Positions 13,371 to 25,850 of a stretch of 64,000 nt of DNA are shown here, piece after piece. Source of the stretch: Octopus vulgaris (lineage: Eukaryota); assembly GCA_951406725.2 (NCBI GenBank), contig OX597817.1, positions 157,666,001 through 157,730,000 on the forward strand. The letters run 5' to 3'. The notes beneath the pieces were generated by a model. The model was not told the origin of the DNA and ran no database searches. It saw only the letters and a list, made by a program, of their open reading frames with translations. A program made the position numbers and the translations under genes. The number at the start of each line of letters is the position of its first letter. The stretch's first letter is position 1.

Positions 13371-13600
13371 TTCTTCTTGTCTTGAGACAGCATTCACCCA
13401 GGGTGGGTTGAGCTGGCTTCATTCATCCTCAATGCCACATCTCTCACAAACGCTGACCAGACCTGGTGGTTTGAGGCTAACAACCACGTGATCTCCAATC
13501 ACTCCTTATTCCAGCGGCGAATGCCGTAGATATGGGGCCTAGGTTGGGTTCCAGATCAGCCTTGACTGTCATCAGCCAGGTTTTACACTGTCCACCACAT
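13371..13600 (-). mobile_element. RTE-clade LINE 3' end (second RTE family)
   Basis: Minus strand GGQCKTWLMTVKADLEPNLGP/IYGIRRWNKE*LEITWLLASNHQVWSAFVRDV...STHPG* with one frameshift; (AAG)n tail. Confidence 0.8.
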
Positions 13601-15354
13601 CACTTGTAGAAATGAGTTGCGACATCACTGGTGCCAAGCTGTATCGGCCTTTGCCTTTCCCTTGGATAGCATCGGTGGCTTGGAGAGGGGAGGCCGATAT
13701 GCATGGGTGACTGCTGGTCTTTTATAAACAACTTTGCCCAGACTTGTACTTCGGAGGGTAACTTTCTAGGTGCAATCCCATGGTCATTCGTGACTGAAGG
13801 GGATCCTCCTTGGATGGAATAAAAGACTTCAAGCAATATCTCTGTAAAATGTTGAAAATATTTTTCTTATAGACTGCAAGGTTTTAGATGTGGATTTGTC
13901 TAGAGATTTCAGTTTGTCTAGAGATAGAGAGTAATGTTCACCGAGGGAGATGGGCGATGTCTAAATAGGTATTTAGACATTGCTGTATATGAATATGTAA
14001 ACCTACACAGCAGAAATAGAAACAAATCTCTGAAGTTCGAAAAAATGAAGAGCCTTAATCAACTATCGACCCTTGCTAGGGTTTCATCAGAAGTGTCTAT
14101 CTCAGAGAAACAGGCAGTAAATCTGTTTCTATACATATCAAATCTACTAGCTCTTGAGAACTGTTACTATTAATTTGCATACTATAAATGTTTAAAATCA
14201 AAAGCCTGTCAATGGTAGCACTCAGTCCACGCAGTTTCAAGGTATGATATAATATATGTAAACTTATGTTTGTACACTGCAGATGACAACTGCTAAATTA
14301 TATCTTTGGGCAAAGTTCTTAACACTGCATGATTTAGACTGGCTACTGGGAAATAGTGTTTACGTCAATACTTGCGCCAAAAGCAATTAATGTGAGGAAA
14401 CATTTGAAAGAAAGAACATGATGTTGCAGCTATCTTAACATGGAATAAGACAATGTAAAAATGTCCGAAAACAAAACAAAATGAGAGAAGCACGATCAAC
14501 AAATTCTGTTTTACAATTGTAAGTTCACTGTTTATTACAATAACTAAGAGTATGTACTTCAGTTTTATCTAAACCTGAAATTAATTTGTTTAAGTAGATG
14601 ATTAAAGATGAGAGAAGACAAATGAATTAGAAAATACTTAGCAAGATAACTAAATCACTCTGAAATTCTTAGATCTTCTATACAGTTGAAGATCCTTCTT
14701 TATTCAAAGTAAAATAATCAATGTGTTGACAGAGGAAGTTGTTGTTGCTCTCCTCTTTTGTACATCTAAAAGCAAAAGTTTCATTTGTATATTGCCAATA
14801 AAATGTGGGGCTTTCCAGATAAAAATAAAAGAGAAGAAAAGTGAGCAAAAAACGATGCTGTCAGTGTAGTATTAAAGTTGGAGATTAGTGTAAATACATA
14901 AGACGAGAGGTAATGCCATTCATAACATGGTGGTACTTGGAATGAAGTAGGAGAGTAAACAATGCAAATGATAAGAAGCAGAGATGTAGACATAACAAGC
15001 ATGTTCATGATGAAACAATTGCAGCCATTAAAGCTGGAAAGATTTAAGTCTTATACAAGTGGAAGAAACGAAAGTATAACGAAAGATTTTTGTTTATAAT
15101 GTTTCTTCCATTCCATTCCATGGTGTAGAGCACATTGGGCTGTCCTTTGACAGTTCTAGTAGCATACTAGTTTTTCTATCAGAAGAGGTTGCTTGCCCCA
15201 TGCTATTCCCTTCTCCATTTAAGAAAAAAGGGACACTGTGAGGAATCTCCCATTACTCTTCTCTCACAATGTAGCTAATTCTGAGAGATGGGTGGGGGTG
15301 GGGGAATCAACCGTAGTAACTGATAGGTACTTTAATGATCCCAGAAGGATGATA

Positions 15355-15590
15355 GGTAGGCAAGCTGGTAGAAACGTTAGCACGCCGGGTGAAATGCTTA
15401 GCGGTATTTCATCTGTCACTACGTTCTGAGTTCAAATTCCATCAAGGTCAACTTTGCCTTTGATCCTTTTGGGGTCGATAAATTAAGTACCAGTTATGCA
15501 CTGGGGTCAATGTAATCGACTTAATCCCTTTGTCTGTTCTCGTTTGTCCCCTCTGTGTTTAGCCCTTTGTGGGCAATAAAGAAATAAGAA
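15355..15590 (+). mobile_element. SINE family B
   Basis: Same head, core and tail as 10827-11060. Confidence 0.85.
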
Positions 15591-15789
15591 GGATGATAGG
15601 TAAAGTTGACCATGGCAGGATTTGAATTCAGAACACAAAGAGACAAAACAAATATCACAAAGTATTCTGTCTGAGGCACTGATGACTGCCAATGTGCCAC
15701 ATATGAAAGACCAGAATTTGAATATTCTCAATCAACGAAGGTTTTACCACTCAAATGTTAGAACTTGTTTTTATCTTTTTTTTTTTGCT

Positions 15790-15873
15790 TCTTTTTTACT
15801 TGTTTCAATCATTAGACTGCAGCCATGCTGGGGCATAGCCTTGAAGAATTTTCAATTGAATTAATTGACCCAT

Positions 15874-15936
<63 letters not shown>

Positions 15937-16110
15937 CAGGTCCCTTTGTTTCCATCTCACAAGGTTGTGGTTGACCAAATCTACTCATAAGGCCATGGTC
16001 AGCCAAAAGCTATAGTAAAAGACATTTATTCAAGGTACCATGCAGTAGGACTGAACTTGGAACCATGTGGTTTGGAAGCAAGCTTTTTACCACACAGCCA
16101 CACCTGTGCC
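15790..16110 (-). mobile_element. Degenerate SINE family A
   Basis: Reverse-complement similarity to family A tail and head. Confidence 0.65.
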
Positions 16111-16902
16111 TATATGTTTGGTGAATTCTAAAATAGGAGTACAAGAAGAAGGTACACAATACCAAATGTAAGTATAGTATTTTACAGTAGGAAATGAAAG
16201 CATTATACTTTATTATATTCTAACTTTGAGCATATTTCTTACAACAGTTACTTAATTTATGATCAACTACAAAGGAAAGATAAATTTAAACTAAAATAGA
16301 ATTTGAACTCAGAATTTTAAACCTCAGACTACAGAGCACCATAACAAATATTTACTTTACTTTCAAAATCCCTGGGATGTTTTTCCAATTCCTCAAAAAT
16401 TATTTATATGGGGATAATTATAGTCGACTGATTTAAGTTAACATACCAGTGGTACATTATCAGACCCAGAAAGATGGAAAGATAAATTGGCTTGGATGGA
16501 ATTTGAATATAAAAACAAAATCCTTAGAACAGAAGCCACAAGGTATAGACATTTCTCCAACTTTACTTACTTAATTTTATTTTCAAAATAACAGCCGATA
16601 AAATACTAAATATCAATTTTAACTACTATTTCATTATTGTGTGATTGTTTGCTACTAGTTCAGTATTAAATAAAATCATTTTTACCAAATATCCAAATTA
16701 GGGAGGTGTAACAAGAGAACAGCTCTACTAAAATTGAAATTTAAGTCCATTCCACTCTGATCAAAATCACTAATTTTCTGGTGACAACATAAAATGACCA
16801 ACAGATATACTCTGGTCTTAAGCTATGATTTTTCAAACAAAACATGTCACCAGTTTTCTCTAGATAAGGCATAAAACTGAGACTTCATACAAAATTTCAT
16901 CA

Positions 16903-17120
16903 GGTGTGGCTGTGGTAAGAAGCTTGCTTCCCAACCACATCATTCCAGGTTCGGTCCTAATGTGTGGCACCTTTGGCAAGTGTCTTCTACTAAAGCCTCA
17001 GGTTGACCAAAGTCTTGTAAGTGGATTTGGTAGATGGATACTGAAAGAAGCCCACTGTGTGTGTATATGTATGTGCACGTGTGTGTATGTGTCTTTGCAT
17101 CTGTGTTTGTCCCCACTCCA
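16903..17120 (+). mobile_element. Partial SINE family A
   Basis: GTGGCTGTGGTAAGAAGCTTGC head to microsatellite. Confidence 0.75.
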
Positions 17121-19210
17121 CACTGGTATTAATACTTTGTTTGACTGAGGTTACCATCATCATACTTCATGTAAATTAATTTCAAAACTCCATTTAAATG
17201 AACATCAGGACTCCACATGAGTATCAAAGCTTCATGTAAATAATACTAATTTTTTTCATCTTTTCTATTCCCTTTAGCTTGTTTCAGTCTTTGGACTGCA
17301 GCTGTACTGGGACGCAGCCTTGAAGGGTTTAGTCAAACAAATCAACCCCAGTATTTGTTTTAAGCTTGGTACCTAATCTATTGGTCTATTTTGCCAAACT
17401 ACAAAGTTACAGAGACAAAAACAAACCAACACTGTCAAGCAGTAAGGGGTGTGGAAGACACACATGCAATGGGCTTCCACACAATTTTCATGTACCAAAT
17501 TCATCTACAAGGCAATAGTTGGCCCAGGGCTAGAGTAGAAGGCACTTGCTTTTGCAGAGTGGGATTGAACTCAAAATCACTTGGTTGAAGAATAAGCTTC
17601 TTAACCACACAGCCAATTTATAAAGAAGAATATCAACACTTAATATAAGTGAGTGCTAAAACTTCATTTCTCATGGGGTAAAACTAACAACAAAGAAACA
17701 TAAATCTATAAATTTAACACAGTACTGTTCCATATTTTATGAATAGACCAATCTGAACACTGCACGGTCTACAGACTTATAGGGGAGAGATTTAAATGAT
17801 TAAATGAAGCTCAGTATTATTACTGGTACATTATTTTATTGAATCCAAAAGGACCAAAAGGATAAACACAAAGTCAACTACAATGGGATTTATACTCAGA
17901 AGATAAAGGAACATAACTAAAAACTGCAATGCATATGTATAGTCTGCTGCTATATTATTCCTACCACTTCAATCATTCCAATGCCAATGGAATTATTTTA
18001 TCAATAATCAGCATATTTACACAGCCCATGTCCTTGATAACTATTTTATTTCATGTCATTCTCAATATTGTGATTATCAAACAGAAATGACATAAACTTG
18101 ATAATTACATCCGACAAATGACAAAAACCTGATAGCATTCAGAGAAAATATAACAAATTTTAAAATCTCCAGTGTGGTTAGCTCTTGTTTTATGTTGATA
18201 AACAAGTGAAATATGAATATCTCCCAAGAGGGGAAACTCATCCATTTTAGGTAACAGTCCTAAAGACTCAATATTTATCCATTCCCAACAATTACAGGAA
18301 CAGACAATATTTGATGTTTGCATTTGTAACAGTAAACAGGAGTTGATCTAATGGACATATTCTACTAATGTTTTGCTCCTGCTTCTTTTTGGTTAATTTC
18401 CAGACAACATTTATGTTTTTAAAGCAGTTGATACCACCAGATTGAATGGTACCACCAGAGTGGTACTGCCCAGGTGTCGAAACCATAATGATATCCATTA
18501 GGCAGCTGATGATGGATGTATATGTTTGATATACTTTTTGACTGTAAACCTTTTGTAGCTTGCGTTCTCATAGTTCTAAATTGTCCTTCATTGAAATTCT
18601 AGTTCTTGTTGGGTCAAATTTATTTAGGAGTTCTTAGTTTCTTGATTTATGGTGGTTTTGTTGTATATATTATACTATACATTGATATTGTGTGATTGTC
18701 CATCTAGTTTAGGTCAGTTTTGTTGCATATATAGAATTGTCTTGTTGGCAAGTCAGTTGCTTATTCTTTTATTCACTTTAATCATTCCTCAGGTCACCTA
18801 TTACTCTTATCCACACTTAATAATTTTGTCTTTCAATCCTCCTATGATTATAATTATTAATGTCATTATTATCACTAACACTTTAGAAATGATTACAGTA
18901 ATTCATTAGAAATTATTATTACTAGCAGTTACATACATCATTGATAGTCCTTGATGAGACAATAGTGCTATGATTCATCTGGGACAAATTCCTAGCAATA
19001 ATGCCAATTATTTCCTCTTCAGGCCATCCTTTATATGGAGGTGGAGTAGGATTAAAAGCAAAGTTAGTTATTAATGCCAAAATATGGAACCATTGCAAGT
19101 GAGAGATGTCAATTCCCTTTAATTGACCATCTCACTCCTCCTATAAAATATCTAAATTCTACAGATCAGCTGAAGTGGGCCCAAGACACTGCCATCATTA
19201 ACAGAAATGA

Positions 19211-19453
19211 AGGCGGGGAGCTGGAAGATACGTTAGCACGCCGGGCGAAATGCTTACTGGTATTTCATCTTTCGCCTGCCATTACGTTCTGAGTTCAAAT
19301 TCCATTGAGGTCGACTTTGCCTTTCATCCTTTCGGGGTCGATAAATTAAGTACCAGTTACGCACTGGGGTCAATGTATTCGACTTAATCCCTTTGTCTGT
19401 CTTTGTTTGTCCCTTCTATGTTTATCCCCTTGTGGGCAATAAAGAAATAAGAA
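19211..19453 (+). mobile_element. SINE family B
   Basis: Full head, core and tail; AGAAATGAAG duplication. Confidence 0.85.
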
Positions 19454-20009
19454 ATGAAGAAACCTAATTAGTAATAGGGCCTGCTAGAAATAGCAGCAAA
19501 ATTTCCCTCAAATCACACCTATTCTTTTCTAGAAGGACAAGATACATTAAATAGTCCTGCATACCCTTAAAAAGATGGGATGGTCATAGATGGAAGACCT
19601 TTAATCATTGATCATGGAGTTAAACAGCAATAACAGTTAACAGATATAGCAGATATTAATGGATTTATTTGCCATGCATCAACTAAACTGATAGATACAC
19701 AGTAAGCCAATGAGGAGGCTCCTACATGGTTTCTCCTCTCGCTAGAAATAGCAGCCAAATATCTCTCCTATCACACCCCACTATCTTAAGCAGGGAAGCG
19801 CACACTGGATAAGGTAGTCCTAGATACACTATGTCTCAAAAGAAGAAAAGAAAAACAGGATAGTTAGAATTGGAATGCCTTTGATCATAGGTCTATTCAA
19901 TCAGAACTAACCAAGAACTAAACAATATGAGAAATATAACAAACAGAGATCACTATTATAATAAACCATACTGCTGGGTATATGTATGATGCTCATAGTG
20001 ATCACACGT

Positions 20010-20242
20010 TTCTTATTTCTTTATTGCCCACAAAGGGCTAAACATAGAGGGGACAAACAAGGACAAAGGAATTAAGTCATTATATTGACCCCAGTGTGTA
20101 ACTGGTACTTGATTTATCGACCCCGAAAGGATGAAAGGCAAAGTCGACCTCGGCAGAATTTGAACTCAGAATGTAAAGACAGACGAAATACTGGCAAGCA
20201 TTTTGCCCAGCATGCTAACATTTCTGCCAGCTTGCTGCCTTA
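20010..20242 (-). mobile_element. SINE family B with extra 3' flank (19945-20011)
   Basis: Reverse complement of family B; same 3' flank recurs at 51662-51729. Confidence 0.85.
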
Positions 20243-20809
20243 AAAGGATTTTATATATTGGCATAAGCATGGCAGTTTAAGAAGTGTGCTTCTCCACCAC
20301 ACATATTCTAGGTTCAATCCACTGATGCAGCACATTGGACACGTAACGGCATGCGAAATACCGCTAAGCATTTCGCCCGGTGTGCAAACGTTTCTGCCAA
20401 TTCACCGCCTTTGTTGAAACGTGATCACCAGTCAAAGCAAGGGAAATACAAATCCATACAAACACACACAATATTCTCTCTACCAAATTCACACGTTTCT
20501 AACAGCCACAAAGCCTAGCTCAGTTTTCAGTGCTCACTTGCCATTAAGTGCACTGATCTGAAAGTGACAATTCTACTACAGGCACAAGGCCTGAAACATT
20601 TGGAAGAGGGTAAGTTCATTACATCAACCCCAGTGTGCAACTGATACTTGATTTACAAAAGGATGAAAGGCAAAGTCAAGCTTGGCAGAATTCAAACTCA
20701 GAACATAAAGCTGGAAGAAATGTCACTCAGCATTTTGTCCTGTGTGCTAAAAATTCTGCCACTTTGCCTTCGAAAGTATTAATATTTACCAGGAAATTGT
20801 AGTTATGAT

Positions 20810-21113
20810 ACCTGTGCTGGTGGCACATAAAAAGCACCATCCGAACATGGCTGATGCCAGCGCCGCCTGACTGGCATCCGTGTTGGTGACACGTAAAAAG
20901 CACCAACCGATCATGGCCGTTTTCCAGCCTCCTGTGGCATGTAAAAAGCACCCACTACACTCACGGAGTGGTTGGTGTTAGGAAGGGCATCCAACTGTAG
21001 AAACACTGCCAGATCAGACTGGAGCCTGGCACAGCCTCCTGGCTGCCCAGACCCCGGTCGAACCGTCCAACCCATGCTAGCATAGAAAACGGACGTATGA
21101 TGATGATGATGAT
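20810..21113 (+). mobile_element. RTE LINE 3' UTR fragment
   Basis: Array units plus (GAT)n tail. Confidence 0.85.
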
Positions 21114-21822
21114 GCTCTGTGAGAGCATCTTGTTTTCGCTGAATACTATTCACAAATCGTCAGAGAAAAACCATATTTTGCTTGTGATTTATGAATGACA
21201 TATCAATAAGATTTTCTGAAACTTTTACAATTGGTATATCTCTATTTAGATTACAAAAAGCCAATAAATAAGGAAACATTGATATAGGGATAAATTGATT
21301 TATTGTTGCGTTTGCATACAAGACTACTGATATGAATTGTTAAAGTGTTGGTGAGGAATTTCAGAAACTAAATAAATAACAAGGTTATTTGAAAATCCTC
21401 AATGGCACAGGATTGAATTTTCAGTAGGACATTAAAATTTGTACTTGGCATCATCCCACATAAGAAATGAAAGATAATTATTGGAAATTGATAGATTGCC
21501 TTGAAATTTTACAGTAGTGAATGAAATCATAGAATAATTAAATGTACATTAAATATATATATATATAAAATGAACCCCAGTAGCCTAGAGTTATGAAATA
21601 TCAATTCAAAGCAGTTTTGTTTTTTATTCATTCGCTGTTTCTGTCTTTGAAACCCTTCAAGGGTTTTAAACAATTATATTAACATCAGTACTTTGGTACC
21701 AATTTTATCATCTTGTAAGAAATATAATGCAAAGCTGACCTGCCATAAAGAACTATAATTCAAATAAAAGTAAATACCACTAGATACATTTGTATATATG
21801 CATACATGTGTAGGTGTATGTA

Positions 21823-21877
<55 letters not shown>

Positions 21878-21889
21878 TTATAGCCACAT

Positions 21890-22705
21890 GGGCAACTGCA
21901 CTGGTATGGCCATGTGGGAGAATGGATGTGGATAGCTGTGTGAAAAAGTGTCACACCCTAGCGGTTGAGGGAACCTGTGGAAGAGGTGGACCCAAGAAGA
22001 CCTGGGATGAGGTGGTGAAGCATGACCATCGAACATTGGGCCTCACTGAGGCAATGACTAGTGACCGGGACCTTTGGAAATATGTTGTGCTTCAGAAGAC
22101 CCGGCAAACTCAAGTGAGACCATAACCTTGTGACCTATGCCAGGGGGTGTAACCAGCCCACTTATGTGTACCTTTCCTTCATTGGACACTAAACTCTGCT
22201 TGTGAAGACCTGTTGAGGCAAGTGAAATCGAAATCAAATTCGATGACTGGCATCCATGCTAGTGGAGCGCTAAGAATAGCATAGGAGCGTGATTGTTGCC
22301 AGAGCAACAAGCTGGCCTCTGTGCCGATGGCACGTAAAAGGCACCATTCGGGCGTGATCGTTACCTGCGTTGCCTTACTGGCACTTGTGCTGGTAGCACA
22401 TGAAAAAACATTTGAGCAAGGTCGTTGCCAAAGCCGCTGGACTGGCTCCTGTGCAGGTAGCATGTAAAAAGCACTATTTGAGTGTGCCCGCTGCCAGTAC
22501 TGCCTGACTGGCCCTTGTGCTGGTGGCACATAAAAGCACCCACTACACTCTCAGAGTGGTTGGTGTTAGGAAGGGCATCCAGCTGTAGAAATTCTGCCAG
22601 ATCAGATTGGAGCCTGGTGCAGCCATCTGGTTCACCAGACCTCAGTCAAATTGCCCAACCCATGCTAGCATGGAATGCGGACGTTAAACGATGATGATGA
22701 TGATA
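21890..22705 (+). mobile_element. 5'-truncated RTE LINE (ORF C-terminus plus 3' UTR)
   Basis: LHWYGHV/RMDVDSCVKKCHTLAVEGTCGRGGPKKTWDEVVKHD...DRDLW matches the RTE WxGHV..RGRP..TW..DR..W C-terminal pattern; tandem 3' UTR units; (GAT)n tail. Confidence 0.9.
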
Positions 22706-23018
22706 TACATCATCATCAACATTTTAATGTCTGTTTTTCCATGTTTATATGAGTCGAATGAGTGTACGTTCTGGCAGATTTGAGCAGGTGCCCCTCTTGG
22801 TTCAGAGGTTTCCCGACCCTCTCGGGCCGGGGGAGACGCGCCCGCTGATACCTCCAAGTGGGCTAATAATCTCCCTGTCTATGAAACAACAAACAGCCCA
22901 GACAGGTTTTATTCATAGAACTGGAAATAAATGATATTGTATGAGGGCTTTGCTCACAAAGATTTTACATATCAAGAAGCCCACACATGCTTTTGTCATG
23001 GACTGCAAGCAAATGACA

Positions 23019-23325
23019 TATATATATACATATATATATACATATAAATATATATATACATATAAATATATATATACATATAAATATATATATACATATA
23101 TATATATACATATAAATATATATATACATATATATATATACATATAAATATATATATACATATATATATATACATATAAATATATATATACATATATATA
23201 TATACATATAAATATATATATACATATATATATATATATATTTCTATATATTTCTATATATATATATATATATTTATATATATTTACATATATATATATA
23301 TATATATTTATGATGATGATGATGA

Positions 23326-23380
<55 letters not shown>
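23019..23380. repeat. TA-rich compound micro/minisatellite (CATATAAATATATATATA units)
   Basis: Direct reading. Confidence 0.9.
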
Positions 23381-23381
23381 A

Positions 23382-23786
23382 TAAATGAAAGAATGGAGTC
23401 GAACGAAGATGTTAACAAAATTCCTTTACTCTCGACATATGTTTCAAAGACAACATGTTTTTTATTCCAAAGGAATAAAGGGTGCACTATGCAATCTTCT
23501 CATCAGGAAAGAAAGGGAGCCTCTCTTGACGTGAATTTGCTACCCAGGTTTCGGTTAAACGAATTTTCCATGCTGACGATAAACATAGGATAATTCATTC
23601 ACCTACTTCATATATATATATATATATATATGTTTATATATATATAGAAAGAGAGAGTCAAAGCTATTGAAAAGGTTGCAAGACGCAACGAAAATTTTAG
23701 GAAAATAAAAATAAGTGGGAATTTTACTGGTGAGTGTGTTACATTATAAGGCACAAAAAGAAAATGACTCTCCTCAGACACAACAG

Positions 23787-23787
<1 letters not shown>
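23382..23787 (-). mobile_element. Penelope-like/retrozyme fragments between (TA)n tracts
   Basis: Contains hammerhead 23423-23516; bounded and split by TA microsatellites. Confidence 0.55.
23423..23516 (-). ncRNA. Type I hammerhead ribozyme with enlarged loop II
   Basis: Minus strand CCTTT-CTTTC-CTGATGA-GAAGA-(44 nt)-TCTTT-GAA-ACATATGT-C-GAGAG-T-AAAGG: intact core, palindromic stem III ACATATGT, GUC triplet, stem I CTTTC/GAGAG extended by CCTTT/AAAGG. Confidence 0.8.
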
Positions 23788-23834
<47 letters not shown>

Positions 23835-23842
23835 CACACATT

Positions 23843-23895
<53 letters not shown>

Positions 23896-25062
23896 TGAAA
23901 AAAGATAGATAGATAGATGAATGGATGGACAAATAAATAGAGAGAGAGAGGTGGGAGATATAAATGTACTTTTATTAGTTGAGCCGTTTCCAGATTCAAT
24001 CCTATTGTGATTCTAGCCTATCTCTCCTTTGCTGTCCACCTTATGGTAGTTTCAACATAACAGCTGTCTACAACTGTCTAACATATCCAATAAATTGAAT
24101 TAATTCATAAATGCAGTGATGGTTAAAATTCATGAATTTACCTCATAGTAAAGTTTAGTCTGAAAAATACCCACAGCCAGCACATTAGTAATTTTCAGCT
24201 GAAAATGAGTCAAATGTTCAAATCAGTCTACCCGAGTTAGTTATAAGCCTAATTAGCAATGGCTTTAAATATAAATTGACAGAAGCAATTAAGGCTGGTT
24301 TAAGTGATTGCCCATGAGAGTGTAATAACACTAGAAATTATTGTCCAGACGATCCCCCTTCTGGTTATGTTGAGGCTATATAATGATGACAGATGTTTAT
24401 GACTATCAAATATATTTAATAAAATTCATTAATAATGTAGAGATGGCTGAAATATAGCTCACAGTAAAGTTTATAACGGAAACTAAACACTGCTGGCACA
24501 TTAAAACAGATTTGTTGTGGTCAATACCCCCATGTCCTAAACTCTTTATTTGAATTAGAAGCTGAAACTTCTAAATATTAAGAATTCAAATTTTAGAATC
24601 TTGGCAGCTACAAGTGTTCAGTCATGTTGAAGCTCAAAGTGTCTAGGTGAAAAATTTGTTTTAATTACTGTTATTAATACGCACACACACCTTTACAGAT
24701 TCCTGGTTAATATAACATAACATTCCTGATGATTTGGATAAGCACCATTTTTAAATTAACTATGTATCACAATTATGTATATATAATTGGTGCTTATCTT
24801 AATGAAACAGCTGTTGAATACAATTAAAGTAAGTGATGTTCATACCTTTCTACTTTTATGCTAAATATGTTGCTCATAAAAATTGCTTTAGCTGATTATG
24901 TATACGCCTGCAAATCAGTTCCATTAGGATTTACTGGAATACCAGAGTTTAACAACCCAGTAATAATTAAGATCTTAATTTCCATAGATCTATTCTTTAA
25001 TGTTTTATACATCAATTTTACATATATATATATATACATATATACATACATATATACATACA

Positions 25063-25850
25063 CGACAGAGTGTAAGCACCCTGAGAGAAAAGTTGGACAT
25101 AAGAAGCATCAGATGTGGTGTGCAAGAGAGATGACTGCACTGGTATGGTCATGTGTTGCGTATGAATGAGGACAGCTGGGTGAAAAAGTGTCACACCCTA
25201 GCAGTAGAGGGAACATGTGGAAGAAGTAGACCCAAGAATACCTGGGATGAGGTGGTAAAGCATGATCTTCGAACGTTGGGCCTCACTAAGTGACCAGGAC
25301 CTTTGGAGATATACTGTGCTTGAGAAGACCTGGCAAGCCAAGTGAGACCGTAACTGTAGCCTATGCCAGTGCAGCATAACCAGCCCATTTAAGAGCACCC
25401 TTCAATCATTGGGCAATAAACTGCGCTTGCGAAGACCTGTTGAGGCAAGTGAAGTTGTTGTTGTGGCCAATGACAGTACTGCCTGATTGGCACCATTCGA
25501 GCATGGTTGATGCCAATGCCGGCTGACTGGTCCAGTGCTGGTGTCACCATTTGAGTGTGGTCGTTGCCAGTGCCACTTGACTGGCCCCTGTGCCAGTGGC
25601 ACATGAAAAGCACCATTCAAGTATGGCCGATGCCAGTACCACCTGACTGGCCCTTGTGCCAGTGGCACATAAAAAGCACCCACTACACTCTCAGAGTGGG
25701 TAGCGTTAGGAAGGGCATTCAGCTGTAGAAAAATTGCCAGATCAAATTGGGGCCTGGTGCAGCCTTCTGGCTTGCCAGCCCTCAGTCAAACCGTCCAACC
25801 CATGCCAGCATGGAAAGCAGACATTAAATGACGACGACAATGACGATGGT
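25063..25850 (+). mobile_element. 5'-truncated RTE LINE (ORF C-terminus plus 3' UTR)
   Basis: QSVSTLREKLDIRSIRCGVQER*LHWYGHVLRMNEDSWVKKCHTLAVEGTCGRSRPKNTWDEVVKHDLRTLGL, then array units and tail. Confidence 0.9.

Larger units (their letters stand above)
12862..13810 (+). mobile_element. tRNA-derived SINE (head E) interrupted by two LINE insertions
   Basis: Head TGGCTCAGTGGTTAGAGC...GAGTTTGATTCCC; body resumes at ~13347-13370 and ~13604-13810. Confidence 0.75.

Noticed and set aside
18100-18700. Possible decayed retroelement coding sequence, or a type II hammerhead around GAAA 18479 and CTGATGA 18506
   Set aside because: Multiple stops, no diagnostic motif, and the stems do not pair
21115-21170. 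CTGACGA...GAAA hammerhead-like motif on the minus strand
   Set aside because: Stem II is not closed and stem III cannot form
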